The translations under genes and the position numbers were made by a program. A stretch of DNA of 64,000 nucleotides, from contig NC_058370.1 in assembly GCF_018350175.1 (NCBI RefSeq), positions 3,720,001-3,784,000 on the forward strand. Reading direction: 5' to 3'. The notes under the pieces were generated by a model. The model saw only the letters and a program-made list of their open reading frames with translations, was not told the DNA's origin and searched no databases. This DNA comes from Felis catus. Taxonomy: Eukaryota. Positions within the stretch are counted from its first letter, which is position 1; each line of letters starts with the position of its first letter. Of this stretch, positions 10,914-23,244 are shown one piece after another.

Positions 10914-13405
10914 CCAGAGGGACTGGGAGGTAGGGGTCTGGGAAGCCCAGGCTGTGCTGGAATGTCCGGGCCGGCCTCCCTCAGGGCGCTCACACCGACA
11001 GCTGAAGACGGACAGGGAAAAGCCAAACATACCAGCAGGAAGACGTTTTCCGGCAAAGGGAGCATAATTTCCTTTTTTAGCCCAATTTCCAATCCAATGT
11101 CCGGGGGCCAGAAGTATGCACGAAACTGAGACACTGAACTCTGACTTTGGGAGGTGTGAGTAGAGGGGCTGCTGTCCAGCCTCACAGACAGGGGTGCGCA
11201 GAACGGGGGTGGAGGTCCAAAGAGCCGCGTGATCAGCCAGCCAGCTCGGGTCACGCTCACGGGGGCCCGGCTCACACACAGGACATTGTCTGCTCTGACT
11301 CCTGAGCCCTCCCAACACCCCAAAGAGGCAGCTGCGAGCGTCTGCTGTCCCGTCTCAGGGGGCCGCCCCTATCACCGAGCCAGCCCCCCACAGCAGGTGC
11401 CGGCTCGGGGCCACTTCCCCAACTGCAGCCTCTGGGAGCCGTCCCCATGACGCTGCCCCTCCCGCCCCGCCCAGACCACTGCCGGCTTCGTTAGTGTCTT
11501 GAAATCACCATCAGATTGACTTCCTCTCACGCTAACCAATAGTGCTTGTGAAATGGCGTTTTTGAAAAGCTGAAATAACTACCATCCCACACTTTGCGGG
11601 GAAGAATGGTCTGGAATAAGTAAACGAAATGCAGTCCTGCTCCTGAGATGGCCAGATGCCTGATAAAGGGCCTCCAGGTGGGGATCCTGCAGGTGTTAAC
11701 CTGGAGACCTTCCATGCATCTACAGGGACCCCACAGCATCCTGACGAACCTCCAGGCCACTCAGTGGCAGCACAGTGCCGAGGGGGCCTGCACGGCTCGA
11801 CCCTCCAATCCCACGGCCCAGAGAGCATCAGGGGCTCCCCAGGTCACGGAGGCCACCCTGCTCTGGGCCCTGGTGCCTTCCCCAACTCCGTGCCTTGGAG
11901 TGAACTGTTCCCTCTGCTGCAATGCTTTGCCCTGCTTTTCTCAAGGGGCCAATCACATCTCAGTTCAACGGTGCCTCCTCACCCGAGCCTTCTCAGATCT
12001 GCCCACCCACCCCACCCCTCCGCACTCCTCCCCAGCACCTGCTCAGCTCCCCTGGGGCCCCACCGGAGCCGTGACGTCTCGCATGCTTGCACGCATGCTC
12101 ACTGGTCTGTCGCCCCACTCCCCGCTGGGCGGAGAGCCCTAAGTGCGCGGGGCCTGGGTCCCCCGTCTACGCTGTCCCTGGCTCACAGGTGTTTGAGATT
12201 CCTGCAGTAACACTGATGCGCTGCCCTTGTGGACAAGGAGAACGGGTCAATCAGCTTCTCAGGGGGTTAAAAAAAATTTGTAAAACGTGTAACAGGTGTG
12301 AGGGAAAGACCTGTTGGGGTAGCCCTGTCTCTGCACGCCGCACGGCTTCAGGGCTGGGAAGGAGACAGGGGCCCTGGGGACCGTCAGAGACAGCAGCCCG
12401 AGACGGGCACTTACCAGGCTGGTCCCCAAGGCCTAGACTAATTCCACATGCGCGTCTCCCTCACTAATTGTTTCCAGCCGTAGCTAACAGGTGCACAGCT
12501 CAGCGGCGAGGCCCGTGGGGTTTGCTTCTCACGGCACCGGCCCCCCTCCCCTTCACCAAGGACACCCTCTCACTCGAGAACCAGACCTTGGCCGCGGGAC
12601 CGGCTTGCCCTCCCTGAGATGGGCGGGGTCACGGTAACGTGGGTGACGGGGGTGCTCTGAGTGTCTGGTTGGTCACTGCTCGCTATCACGGCCTGCTGTA
12701 TGGCTGTCACCACATGTGTCCGCGTGGTTGTCTCGTGGCCGTAGCTTCAGGGGTGGATTTCGAGGGGGCAGGGGCAACGGTACAACCCGCCGCAACCCAA
12801 CTTCCCACAGAGCTGGGACCGGCAGGATGTAAGGATGGGGCCGCAGGTGAGTGACGGAAGGGGGCTTCTGGACCCGGTGGTGGGAGGGCGTTGGGGGGGC
12901 ACTGCCTGTGGGCACCCTCCTCGGGAAGAGCTTAGGAGCCCTGGAGCCGGCGGCCCTGGCTTCCGGCAAGAGGAGGAGCCTGCGGGAATTGGGGCCGAGA
13001 TGAGGGTCCTGGCCCTCTGAATCACCTGGGGGGCTCCTAGGGACGGCAGGCCCCCGAAGTGCGGGTCCGGGTGTGGGGGCTGGGCGCGTGCTACTGCAGT
13101 GTGGTCGGCAAGGACTGCCGTCACCAGCTGGCCTCCCTGCCCCGCAGGGACCCCCAGGTGCGCATGAACAAGGTCCCATCCACCCGTGTGCCCCGTGGGT
13201 CTGGGCGGGCAGTGGGCTGCAGGTGTGCCCGGTGCTGGCCCCGCCCCCAGCCGGGTGGGTGGGGCCTGTGCCAGAGGAAGGAAGGGACCCAAAGGCCGAG
13301 CCGCCCCTGCTGTGGGAGCCCGCCCCCCCGTGGGGGAGGGGGAGACAACGTCAGCATCGAGAAGCTCGGGGACAGTGGCACCGGCTCCCTGTCCCCCATG
13401 CTCAC

Positions 13406-13567
13406 CGGATGTGGTCTGCTTCAGTTTTTCGTTTTTCTTCTTCCTCCATTTCCAGGGCTTGAAGATCCTGCCCAGGGTGGCCAGTTTGCTGTTCCTCCTC
13501 ACGGGGGGGGTTCGGGTCCCTGAGACCAGATACTCGGAGCGCGCTGGGGGGGCTGGGTCCATCTCAT
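13406..13567 (-). CDS. PHACTR3: PHACTR3 internal coding exon (equivalent to human exon 2): basic N-terminal/NLS-like region; contains internal start codon MDPAPP at 13562
   Basis: Translates to (D)[53 protein letters not shown], matching the recalled human PHACTR3 [54 protein letters not shown]. Acceptor ccttgcag at 13568+, donor G|gtgagc at 13405; 162 bp, phase 1-1. Confidence 0.97.
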
Positions 13568-14258
13568 CTGCAAGGCGAGCACACCAAGGAGGGGCCGGGT
13601 GATCACCAATCCCGCGTGGCTCCCCTCACCCACGGGGCCACCGGTGATTCTCCAAAGCCCGGGGCAGAGAAAACGTCCGTGGGGCCCTGGAGCAACGGGG
13701 GACACTTGCTACTGTGGGGCCCGGGAAGAGAAAGACACATGCTTCTCCACAGGCCGCTCTGTAGCTCGCGATGTGTTCATTGTTTAAGGAAAAAGATCGG
13801 TGAGAACGGAAAACAGTGCAGCGGACAAGACGGTCAAAGTGCAGAGTCACGTGAGCCAGACGGCTGCTGTCTCCACTGCCCGCCCGGAACCCCTGTCCCA
13901 CGGGCACAGCTCAGACCAGAGCTCGAGCCGGCGCCCGGGAGGATGGGGGGAAAGCTCAAGATGCCCCAAACCCCTCCTGGGACAGGGCAGTGACGAGGCC
14001 CTGGGTGTGCTGAGTTTTAACCTCTCAGTGTCACTCGGGTGGGGGTTCACAGACCCGCCAGTGCTCCCCACCCAGCATGGCTGCCGGCACCGGTGCCCAG
14101 ACCCCGGCCAGGACACCCCACGTGCACACACACACGCACACACACGTGCCACCCAGAACACATTTAGTCCCACAGGCAGTGGGTTAATTCACCTCACTGC
14201 GATGCACAAGCAGGGGCTGGGAGCCTGAGTTTATAAAGAGGTAAGAAGCCCCAGAGGG

Positions 14259-14493
14259 GGGGCGCCTGGGTGGCGCAGTCGGTTAAGCGTCCGACTTCAG
14301 CCAGGTCACGATCTCGCGGTCCGGGAGTTCGAGCCCCGCGTCAGGCTCTGGGCTGATGGCTCGGAGCCTGGAGCCTGTTTCCGATTCTGTGTCTCCCTCT
14401 CTCTCTTCCCCTCCCCCGTTCATGCTCTGTCTCTCTCTGTCCCAAAAATAAATAAACGTTGAAAAAAAAATTTTTAATAAAAAAAAAAAAAAA
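14259..14493 (+). mobile_element. Young feline Can-SINE (SINEC_Fc type) with perfect TSD
   Basis: CpG-intact ggcgcctgggtggcgcagtcggttaagcgtccgacttcagccaggtcacgatctcgcgg; long A tail; TSD aagaagccccagaggg on both sides (14243-14258 and 14494-14509). Confidence 0.97.
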
Positions 14494-14989
14494 AAGAAGC
14501 CCCAGAGGGGCCCAAATATGCTGGATGAGCAGGGCTGGAGTGAGGGGGTATCGGGAGGGTCCTCAGTGAGAGGCCACCAGAGGGGCCAGACCTGGCCCGG
14601 TGCCCCAGATGATAGACGCCCCAGAGACGAGCCACCTGGGCTAGGAGCAGCCAGCCAGGGCTCACGGCACCCAGCCCCTCCGAGCCTCAGTTTCCACACG
14701 TGTAAAATAAAGATAATGATCGTCCCTGACATCCAGCATTCAAAGGAAAATGCAGGGTGGCCCCAGAGGCTGGAAACTTAGGTAAACATATATAACACAC
14801 AGTTGATTGAGAGTATGTTACAATCCATGTAGAATGATATTAACTACGTTTTAAGACCATACAGACACTCTGGTGTCTAAGACCATGCCAGTTCTGGTAG
14901 AAATTTTCACAGTAATTTCTATTATATGAGGAACAAAAGAATTATCCTGGAGTAAAAGTCACTGCTTGTTCCTGGCCAGGTACCAACTA

Positions 14990-15095
14990 ACTTTACCCTC
15001 ACAGTAAATCTATGAGATACAGGACTCCTATCATATCCATTTTACAGATGAGCACACTGAGGCTCAGAGCAGTGAGTCATCTTGTGGACCCACAG
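14990..15095 (-). mobile_element. MIR fragment
   Basis: ccattttacagatgagcacactgaggctcagagcagtgagtcatc matches the reverse MIR core. Confidence 0.75.
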
Positions 15096-16644
15096 AGCGA
15101 GAAAACGCCGGAGGTCGGGCATGACCTTGCGGGCCTGAGCCCGGACCCCTCTCGTATCTGGAAGCTGCCTCTACGGTGACTGTGTGAATTTATCTCCCAG
15201 AGCAGGACACAAATGGGTAAGACACCAACAGAAGGCACAAAGCAGGACTGTCCCAGCCACCCAGGTTGTGCGGCCGCTCTCTCTGGCTGTTATTAATTGA
15301 GCGCTAACTACATACAGGAGACTGTCCCCGGTGGTCTACAAAGCAACCCGCGTGGAAGAACAAGCTTAGGGGTGTCTTGTTGAGAGACGAGCTTGCTCGA
15401 GCTTGTCCCCAGTACCCGGCACCCAGCAGGGGCCCGGTGGGGGGGGGGAGCCAAGGAAGCCCCAGGGCACCTGTCGCGGATCCCCCCCCACCATCTCCCC
15501 AGCACCGTGCTCCAGCCGCGGGATGCAGACAGGCCCTTCTCCTCCCAGAAGCAGCTTACTGTGTCTTACCATCCTCTCCTGCCTACGGGCGCCAGGTTCA
15601 AGCGTGTGGGTCAGAGCCACACGGCACAAGGAGAGCCGCTGTCCTGCGGAAGAGAACTGGCCAGGTCTCCCCAGGCCTTGGGCTGGTGTGAAAATGAAGA
15701 TCCCCAGAGATGTGCAGAGGGACAATGGACCATTGTCACCACTCCACAAAAGGTGGCGTCACAGAAACACACATGCCCCACACGAGGAGTGTGGAAATCC
15801 AGAGGAGGGCACACACGCGGCTCCGAGTTTCCTAGCAGCCAAAGCAAAAACAGAGCAGCACAAAGTAGAACCCGTGACCCTGGTCCAGGCCACCGGCCGC
15901 CGCCGGCTCCCCCGCATGCCCCACAAGGCCTTCCAGCCGGTCTCCCCGCGATCCCCACCCTTACAAATACAACTGATCACATCGCCGTTCCGCACGCTCC
16001 CTGCCCTTCCCCTTCTCCTGTAGCACAAAGTGCAGATTGATCACCACGTCTGTGTAGCTCCCCAGAGCTGCTCCTGGTGGCCACCCACTCATCTCCGCCC
16101 CCTATTCACAGTCGTCCTCCCTGCGCGGCGACATTCACGGCACGCAGCATGCTATGGGAGGCAGTAGGGTGCAGTTGTTAAGAAAGCAGGTGCTACAACC
16201 AGGCATCTGGGGTTCACATGCTGGCTCTGTCACTCACTAACGGGGGAGGGCGTGCTGGCACCACCCCTCCCTGCACCCTCACGCCTGCCCTGGCCTCGCT
16301 GGGGAACCGAGGGCACGGGACTTCCCAAATCCCTGCCCGGGGCTCGGCTTGCTTGAACGTGGCTTGCTTGAACCCATGGAAGGTGGGCCGAGCGGCAGAG
16401 TCTCCCTCTTCGCCATCGCCTTCCTCCCCACCCTCTCCGTCCTCCCCACCATCATCGTGTGAGTCCCTGGACTCCCTGCCCCCCCACCTCTGCCCCTAGC
16501 GGCTGGAGCAGGTACCGGGGTTCCCAACGCCCCTCTGACACACAGGGTCCTCACGCACGGCCTGGAGCACAGAAAGGGCAGGGGCCCCAAGGGCTCGAAC
16601 TTGACTCGAAATTCATCAGGGAGCCATTGAGGGATCTTCATCTC

Positions 16645-16793
16645 ATTAAAAACAGAATAAACTGAGGGCTGATGGGGGGTGGGGGGGAGGGGAAGGTGGG
16701 TGCTGGGCACTGAGGAGGGCACCTGTTGCGATGAGCACTGGGAGTTGTATGGAAGCCAATTTGACAATAAATTTCATATTAAAAAAAAAAAAA
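16645..16793 (+). mobile_element. 5'-truncated carnivore/felid L1 3' end with poly-A
   Basis: aaactgagggctgatggggggtggg...gaggagggcacctgttgcgatgagcactgggagttgtatggaagccaatttgacaataaatttcatattaaaaaaaaaaaaa is the characteristic cat L1 3' UTR. Confidence 0.88.
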
Positions 16794-18663
16794 GATCTGA
16801 TTTGTCCATTTAGCAAATATCCGCCTCGCTCGACCAGGACAGACACGTTCGTCTGAGCAACGCCTCGGGGACCTGCTGTCATCGGGGAGCAAAAGCCCAG
16901 GGCAGCAGGCTCCAGAAGGCTGAGGGCTGCACCCCCAGCACCCCCTCCCTCCTCCGCCTCCCCCACTGCGGGGCTCAGCCCAGGACCAGGCGCAAGGACA
17001 GAAACGTCAGAACAGACGCTGTACCCTCCAGCGAGGGATCACAAGCACCTCGAGGACAGAGAGGGCACCACTCTCCCCGACTGTGTGCCCGGGGTCTGTG
17101 TGAGCAAGAGGCAGGTGTGTGTCCTCCTGGGCACACCAAGGGTGGGTGTGCACGGGGACACGTGTGTACGCAGGAGTGGCTGTGTTCCCGCATGTGTGTG
17201 TCCCGGGGGGGTGGGGGGAGGGCGGTTGGCGCCCCTGCCCTCCTCCCTCTACCTCCAGCCCGTGAGTTCACCCAGTGTCTCTCTCGGGCTGCTGGGGAGC
17301 CCCCTTCCCCCACCGGGGGCATTCCCGGGGGTGCAGACACATTAGCACATCCCTCCAGCCTCCGAATGACACAGCAGGGCTGTTCCCGGGCCACCTCTGC
17401 CACCTGTGAAGCATTAGCAGTTAATTAATGAAACATGTTTCCCCACATCTGCGTGAGGAAGTGAAACTGGCAGCCACAGGGCAGGCGGGAGGCGTCCCGG
17501 GTTCCCAAATGATGGATGGGGCAGGTGGCCCGGCCTGCTGACACGAGACGGCTCCGCCCCCCCACACTCCAGCCCTCTCCTGGTCCCCAACCCTGCCTCC
17601 CTCCCCCACCGATGGATCCCACAGACCTACGTTGAGGTACCGCTCTAGGACAAGGCCGGGAAGGCCACCATGACTGAGCTTACGGGTTCATTTTCATGCC
17701 TGGCCCAGGGCCAGCCCCTTCCTTCATGACATCCCCTCCACCCTCGCTCCGATAGCTCTCGGACATCCTCCAGGGACGTACTGTTTACAATTGCCATCTG
17801 TCTTTCTCACCTGGACAAACGAAGTCCTGTCCGTGAGAACAGGAGCTGTGGCTGTCTCGTTCACCGTGGGCCCCTCGCATCTTTACACGGGAGGTACTCA
17901 AACGAACACCTGCTTGGCCTGTGACTCTGGCGCCTGGATCCGACCCCCGTCCATCGGACTCCAGAGTCCACTCCTTAGTGACCCCGGGCATTTCTGCTTC
18001 CCCATCTTCCATCGACTGACCTGTCTCCCTCTTCTAGCACTTGGCCTCTCCCCAAAACACACCACGGAGGGGACCCCACTCGCTGATGACCCCCACAAGC
18101 TGAGTGGCTGGCCTCGCAGGGAAGACAGACAGGCGCCCTCTCTATCAGCCCAAATCGGAAGACCGCTTTCTGCTTGCTTCATACATTCATTCATTCCCAA
18201 ACTCAGGCAGCAGGCATCAGGTGAGGCCCGCCCGGGGCCAGAGCTGCTCTGCATGGAGGGAGGCGGGCTCTGAGAAGGCTGCTGGGGGGGGCGGGTGATA
18301 CTTGATTGCGGCCTTGGAGGTTGAGTAGCTGAATAAAGGGTGCGAATCCATCAAAGCACGACAGGACGTGGTATTTGGGCGATGGGAGATGAGGCAGAAA
18401 AGCAAGGTCTGGCGTCCTCATCTTGGAGGTCCAGAAGCCCCGTAAAACTTCCACGTGGGAGACGGACGTGCTCAGAGATGCCAACTTCCTACACTGCCGA
18501 TTAACGACCAACACACACACGCACACACACGCAAATACACCTGCACGAGACTGTCATGTATTATCACCACCACTGACCATAAATAATAGGCAGAAAATAA
18601 CCTCACGGTAAGAGAGGACTCTTTTAATTAAAAGTATATTGATAAGTGAATAAGAAACGACGC

Positions 18664-18862
18664 GGGGGCGCCTGGGTGGCCCAGTCGGTTGAGCGTCCCA
18701 CTTCGGCTCAGGTCATGATCTCACGGTTGGTGGGTTCCAGCCCTGCGTCAGGCTCTGGGCTGACAGTGTGGAACCCGCTTCAGGTCCTCTGTCTACCCCC
18801 CCCCCCCTCTCTGCCCCTCCCCTGCTTGCTCTCTCTCTCTCAAAAACAAACATTTAAAAACA
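18664..18862 (+). mobile_element. Can-SINE
   Basis: ggggcgcctgggtggcccagtcggttgagcgtcc head, CT tract, A-rich tail. Confidence 0.93.
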
Positions 18863-19337
18863 TACATAAATGAATAAAACTGTGTCGTCCTTGGTGTTAC
18901 CAATTTGCCAGCGTGGGTCTGGGCACTCAAATCTGAGAGCCTTCATCCTGGAGCTCGGGGTTTCTGGAATGGGGAGGGCAGGGGAGGCACAGAGGACCAG
19001 CGCTGTGAAGGGGCCTCACCGAGTGCCGTGTGGATGACGGCTGCAGGGAGCCAGGCTGCAGGCAGGGAGGCTCTCTGAGAGGGGACAGGCAGCATGAGGG
19101 TCGCAGGCCGGCGCAGAAAGGAGGGAGGGATCCAGAGATGTTGCTGAGTGAGAGCCCTCATCAGAGCCGGGAGAGCCCTCCACCTGGGGCATTGGTGCAC
19201 AGGGAAGGATCAGGAACACCCAGGTCTGTTCCAGCAACAGCACATCTACGGAGCACTTGCTGTGTTGTGCGACAAGCCCCGTCCTGAGCACCGAACACGA
19301 ATCAGCTCCTTTCGTTCCCATCAAGACCCTAGAAGGC

Positions 19338-19573
19338 GGAGGCGCTTGGGTGGCTCAGCTGGTTGAGTGTCTGAGTCTTGACTTCAGCTCAGGTCGTGAT
19401 CTCGCAGTTTGTGAGTTTGAGTCCCATGCTGGGCTCTGTGCTGACAGTGGGGAGTCGGCTCAGGATTCTCTCTCTCCCTCTCCCTCTGCCCTCCCCTGCT
19501 CATGGGCTCTCTCATTCTCTCTGTTTCTCTCTCTCCAAATAAATAAATAAACTTAAAAAAAAAAAAAAAAAAA
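19338..19573 (+). mobile_element. Can-SINE
   Basis: ggcgcttgggtggctcagctggttgagtgtc head, CT tract, aaataaataaataaac plus poly-A; degenerate TSD aagacc..ag.aggc.gg. Confidence 0.93.
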
Positions 19574-19589
19574 GACCTCAGCAGGCAGG

Positions 19590-19740
19590 TCAGTCTTTTC
19601 ATCCCCCATATGTGACAACGAGGAAGCCGGAGGCACAAAGGTGTGAGATAACTTTCCCAGGTCACACAGCTAAGGTGACAGGATGCTTACAAGTCAGGAA
19701 GTCCGCTCCAAAAGCCCTCATCCTAACCCCCTCGCTAGAT
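19590..19740 (-). mobile_element. MIR fragment
   Basis: atccccatatgtgacaacgaggaagccggaggcac...actttcccaggtcacacagctaag resembles reverse MIR. Confidence 0.65.
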
Positions 19741-21344
19741 CACACGGAGCGGGCGAAGACGGCACTGTCGGGGATGAGGGGCGAAAGCCAGGGCTGGAGC
19801 AGACCTAAGCATCAAAGCAGCGTGGAGCAAAACCGTGGCACTTAGCATCGAAAGACCCACGGCTTGTGGCCAGGCCACGAAAGATGTGTCCTGACAGCTG
19901 TCTACGAAGGAAGTTCTCGGTGTTTTAATTGAACCACCACCAGGACGCGTCTGAACCTCCAAACCCAGATTTTCAAAATGGATTTTAAGTCTCCCAGATG
20001 TACAAGGACTGTGGTTTGACTGTCCCCATTCCTGGAAAATTCTTGAGTGACGACCTTAGAGCAGGATATCTGGGGAGCACTGATCAATACGGACAGAACC
20101 AGGGCCCAGAGCCGAACACCTACGTGAGTCCACTCCACGTAACCGTGGCCGGGAGTGGAGGCGGGGACAGGTCGCCGGGGTGGGGAGGGAGAGGGCAGGG
20201 ATGCAGGAAGAAGGGTGAATTTACTTAAAGGGGAGAAGAACTTCTAAGGGCCGATGGCTCTATCCCAGGACCTCTGCGGGATTTTCCTGCTGCTCTGCGA
20301 GCCTGTCCATCAGAACCTGTGGTCCCTTACAGCCCCCGTGCGGATAACCGCGGCCTCACCAGTAAAGGCCACGAGGACCCCAAGAGCAGGCTCCCACTCC
20401 TCCTCGGGCGCCCAGCACGGCACCCGGTGTGTGGGGTAAATGAATGATGGACTGAGTGAATAAATGAATGAATGAGAGACATTGATCTTGCGGTAGAAAA
20501 ACTGAGGTGGAATCCAAATGCAGGTCACTGGTTATTAACAGCGACCCGGAGTCACCTCTGCGCCCCTGGACGGCAGGAGATAATTACAATCCCTAAGCAA
20601 CTTCCAGGCTTCAGGCTGGCCCATCCGCTCCCCCGGCGGCCACCACGAGCGGCCCTTGACACAGACGGAGGCTTTCTCGGCCCTGCCCGTCAGCCGAGGC
20701 GCCCAAGAAACACAGGGAAGGCAACAGGAGACCCTGGCGAGGCGTCGGAGTGAACACGAGCCCCGGGACCCTGCGGATCGAACGGACGCTTCGTCGTAGG
20801 AGAACACGGTTTAGAAGGCCGAGGGCAGCCGCCAAATTCATTGGCACGTTCATTCCAAGCAAACGACCCCAGGAGGCAGGGGCTACGTTTCCAGCTCCAT
20901 TTGCCATTTGGGAAGAGGAGGCTGAGGGGACAGGACCCACGTATGGGGAGTCACACAGCCGGTAAGTGGCAGGGCTGGCACAGGAGCCCAGGCTTTTGGA
21001 TGTAGAGCTCGCACTGGGGCGACACCAGCGTTTCCCAAAGCATGTTCCATGGAACCCTAGCTTGGGAGATGTTCTGTGGGTAAAGACCGATGGGAAAACG
21101 CTGCCTACACTAGAAGCCCTCCCTGAAGGGCTGCCGCGAATGATCACAGTGAACGCTCTGAGAAGTCCTGCAGTAGGCAACCGTATACGGCCGTTTCACC
21201 AGCTCTTCCTAAACAGACAGATCAGGCAACCCCTATTTACACCTCGTTGCCCAGACAGCCATAACCATAACCACACACAGGCTGGGGCAGCAACAGACTT
21301 CGAGCAGGAGACGTGAGATGAAGCAGTTTAAACATATTCCTGCA

Positions 21345-21569
21345 GGGGGCGCCCGGGGGGCTCAGTCGGTTGAGCGTCCGACTTTGGCTCAGGTCATGAT
21401 CTCGCGGTCTGTGAGTTCGAGCCCCGCGTCGGGCTCTGTGCCGACGGCTCGGAGCCTGGAGCCTGCTTCGGATTCTGTGTCTCCCTCTCTCTCTGACCCT
21501 CCCCCGTTCATGCACTCTCTCTCTCTCTCTCGCTTTCTCTCTCAAAAAGAAACATTAAAAAAATTTTTT
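21345..21569 (+). mobile_element. Can-SINE (feline type)
   Basis: Full head, ggagcctggagcctgcttcggattctgtgtctcc, CT tract and tail; TSD-like tattcctgc on both flanks. Confidence 0.94.
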
Positions 21570-22561
21570 AATGTATTCCTGCTAAGAAGTGTTCACGACA
21601 ATTTATTTTTAGAATATAAAAGTCTCATCCCTAATATCTGGGTTCCAAAGATAACGGGATTCTCTAAGACCTTTGCAGAAGCTGGGCTTTGAAACTTCCC
21701 ACGGCTCTGAGCCATGTAGCTGCCCGGGGCCCCCGCACAGCAATGGTGAGGAGAAAACAGACGGGACAGTGGGTACCATCTACGCCCCGACGCCAGTGCA
21801 GAAACCAAGGCCTCCTCAAAGTGGTTTCTTTCTGCCTCGCACGTCTGGTGGGAAAACCAGCGCACGGGACGAGAGAAACCATCTGTTCAGCATCAACCCC
21901 GTGATCCTGCCAATGGTCGCTGACGTCTGCCAGACATATGGCCGGTTCTCCAAGTGAAAATCAGCTCAAATCTGCAAATCAGGTGGGTCTGAAAAGGCTG
22001 CGTGGGGTTTGCAACGAGGAATTAGACCACGAGGGCCGTGGCGTTGGGGACGGTGAAAGGGGGGACCCGGAAGCCACCTTTGGCGTCTCGGACACCGGTG
22101 TTGTCGGCGTCGCGCTTAGTAGGTTGGTCTGCACTTGCACGTCGGCAAACTCCTGCAGAAATTGCTCAGCAAGAAGCCCACGGGCTTTGCAAAGACGAAA
22201 AGCTGCTTTTAAAGACAGCCGCCTAAAGATCTTCTTCTACAGAGGGGAGAAAAACGCGTATTTCAGAGAAAGGATAAACCGTAAAACAGCGCACCGAGAG
22301 ACGTCAGCATCGCACTATAAACGGAGATAAGTAATATTCCCCACTGCCTTCAAAGCCCAAGCCCCAGCCCAGACTTTCCACGCTGAAGTGTGACATGAGG
22401 CTCTTACATGCCAGTCAGAGCTTATGGACAAATGTTAATTTTTAGAAATACGCGTGCTTTTAGCATTTCTGAGAGGAATTACACACACGTAAAGGCTGGG
22501 AAGAGTCTGAGCCAACAGATTTGCATCTTGAAAATGGGTCCCACGTTCATGCCGCTCGGGT

Positions 22562-22733
22562 CAGGGATGGGCCAATGCTTTCTGTAAAGGGCCAGACAAT
22601 CTCTGTGGCAACTAACCGGGCCGCTGCATGAGAGCCATCCACGATACCTAAATAATAGGCGCGGAGACGCTTTAATCAAGCTTGATTTATAAACACCAGT
22701 GGAAGGCACACGTGCTCTGGGAGCTGACCCCTG
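22562..22733. mobile_element. MER58A-like hAT element
   Basis: Starts caggga..ggcca..ctttctgtaaagggccaga and ends gctgacccctg (CAGGG terminal inverted repeats). Confidence 0.7.
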
Positions 22734-22932
22734 CCTTAGGTGGTCCCTTCGGAAACGTCTTCGGGGAAAAGTCCCACTGGACCCCGGGAGGAGAAAGAAG
22801 GCGGGAAGGAATGGCTTTGGCTCAGGATCCCTTACCTTCACTCTCGCTGCTGACCCCTAGGGTCCAGCCAGTGTCACTACCCACCTCCAACTCTAGCCTC
22901 AGACTGGTTTCCCAGCATCCGCTTAAGCCCCC

Positions 22933-22963
<31 letters not shown>

Positions 22964-23051
22964 GCAGGGTCTCGCATTACTTTCCTGCTTAATGTCACTG
23001 TGACTTTTCTGGTGAAACCCAAGACCCCAACTGTGACCCCAATCCTTCTAC

Positions 23052-23053
23052 TT

Positions 23054-23084
<31 letters not shown>

Positions 23085-23244
23085 GAGAGTGAGAAAGAGA
23101 GCGGGGGAGGGGCACAGAGAGAGAATCCCAAGCAGGTTCCACGCGCAGTCAGCACAGAGCCCGAGGCGGGGCTTGAATTCATGAAACCGTGAGGTCATGA
23201 CCTGAGCCGAAATCGAGAGTCCTTTGAGCCACCCAGGCGCCCCC
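23052..23244 (-). mobile_element. Can-SINE
   Basis: (TTTA)n tail, gagagagaatcccaagcagg, ends gagccacccaggcgcccc. Confidence 0.92.

Noticed and set aside
12747-13405. 271-aa ORF continuing past PHACTR3 exon 2
   Set aside because: Homology stops exactly at the G|gtgag donor (13405). The remainder is Pro/Gly/Ala-rich read-through of a GC-rich intron.
14259-14340. tRNA-like A/B boxes
   Set aside because: These are the tRNA-derived heads of Can-SINEs, not tRNA genes.
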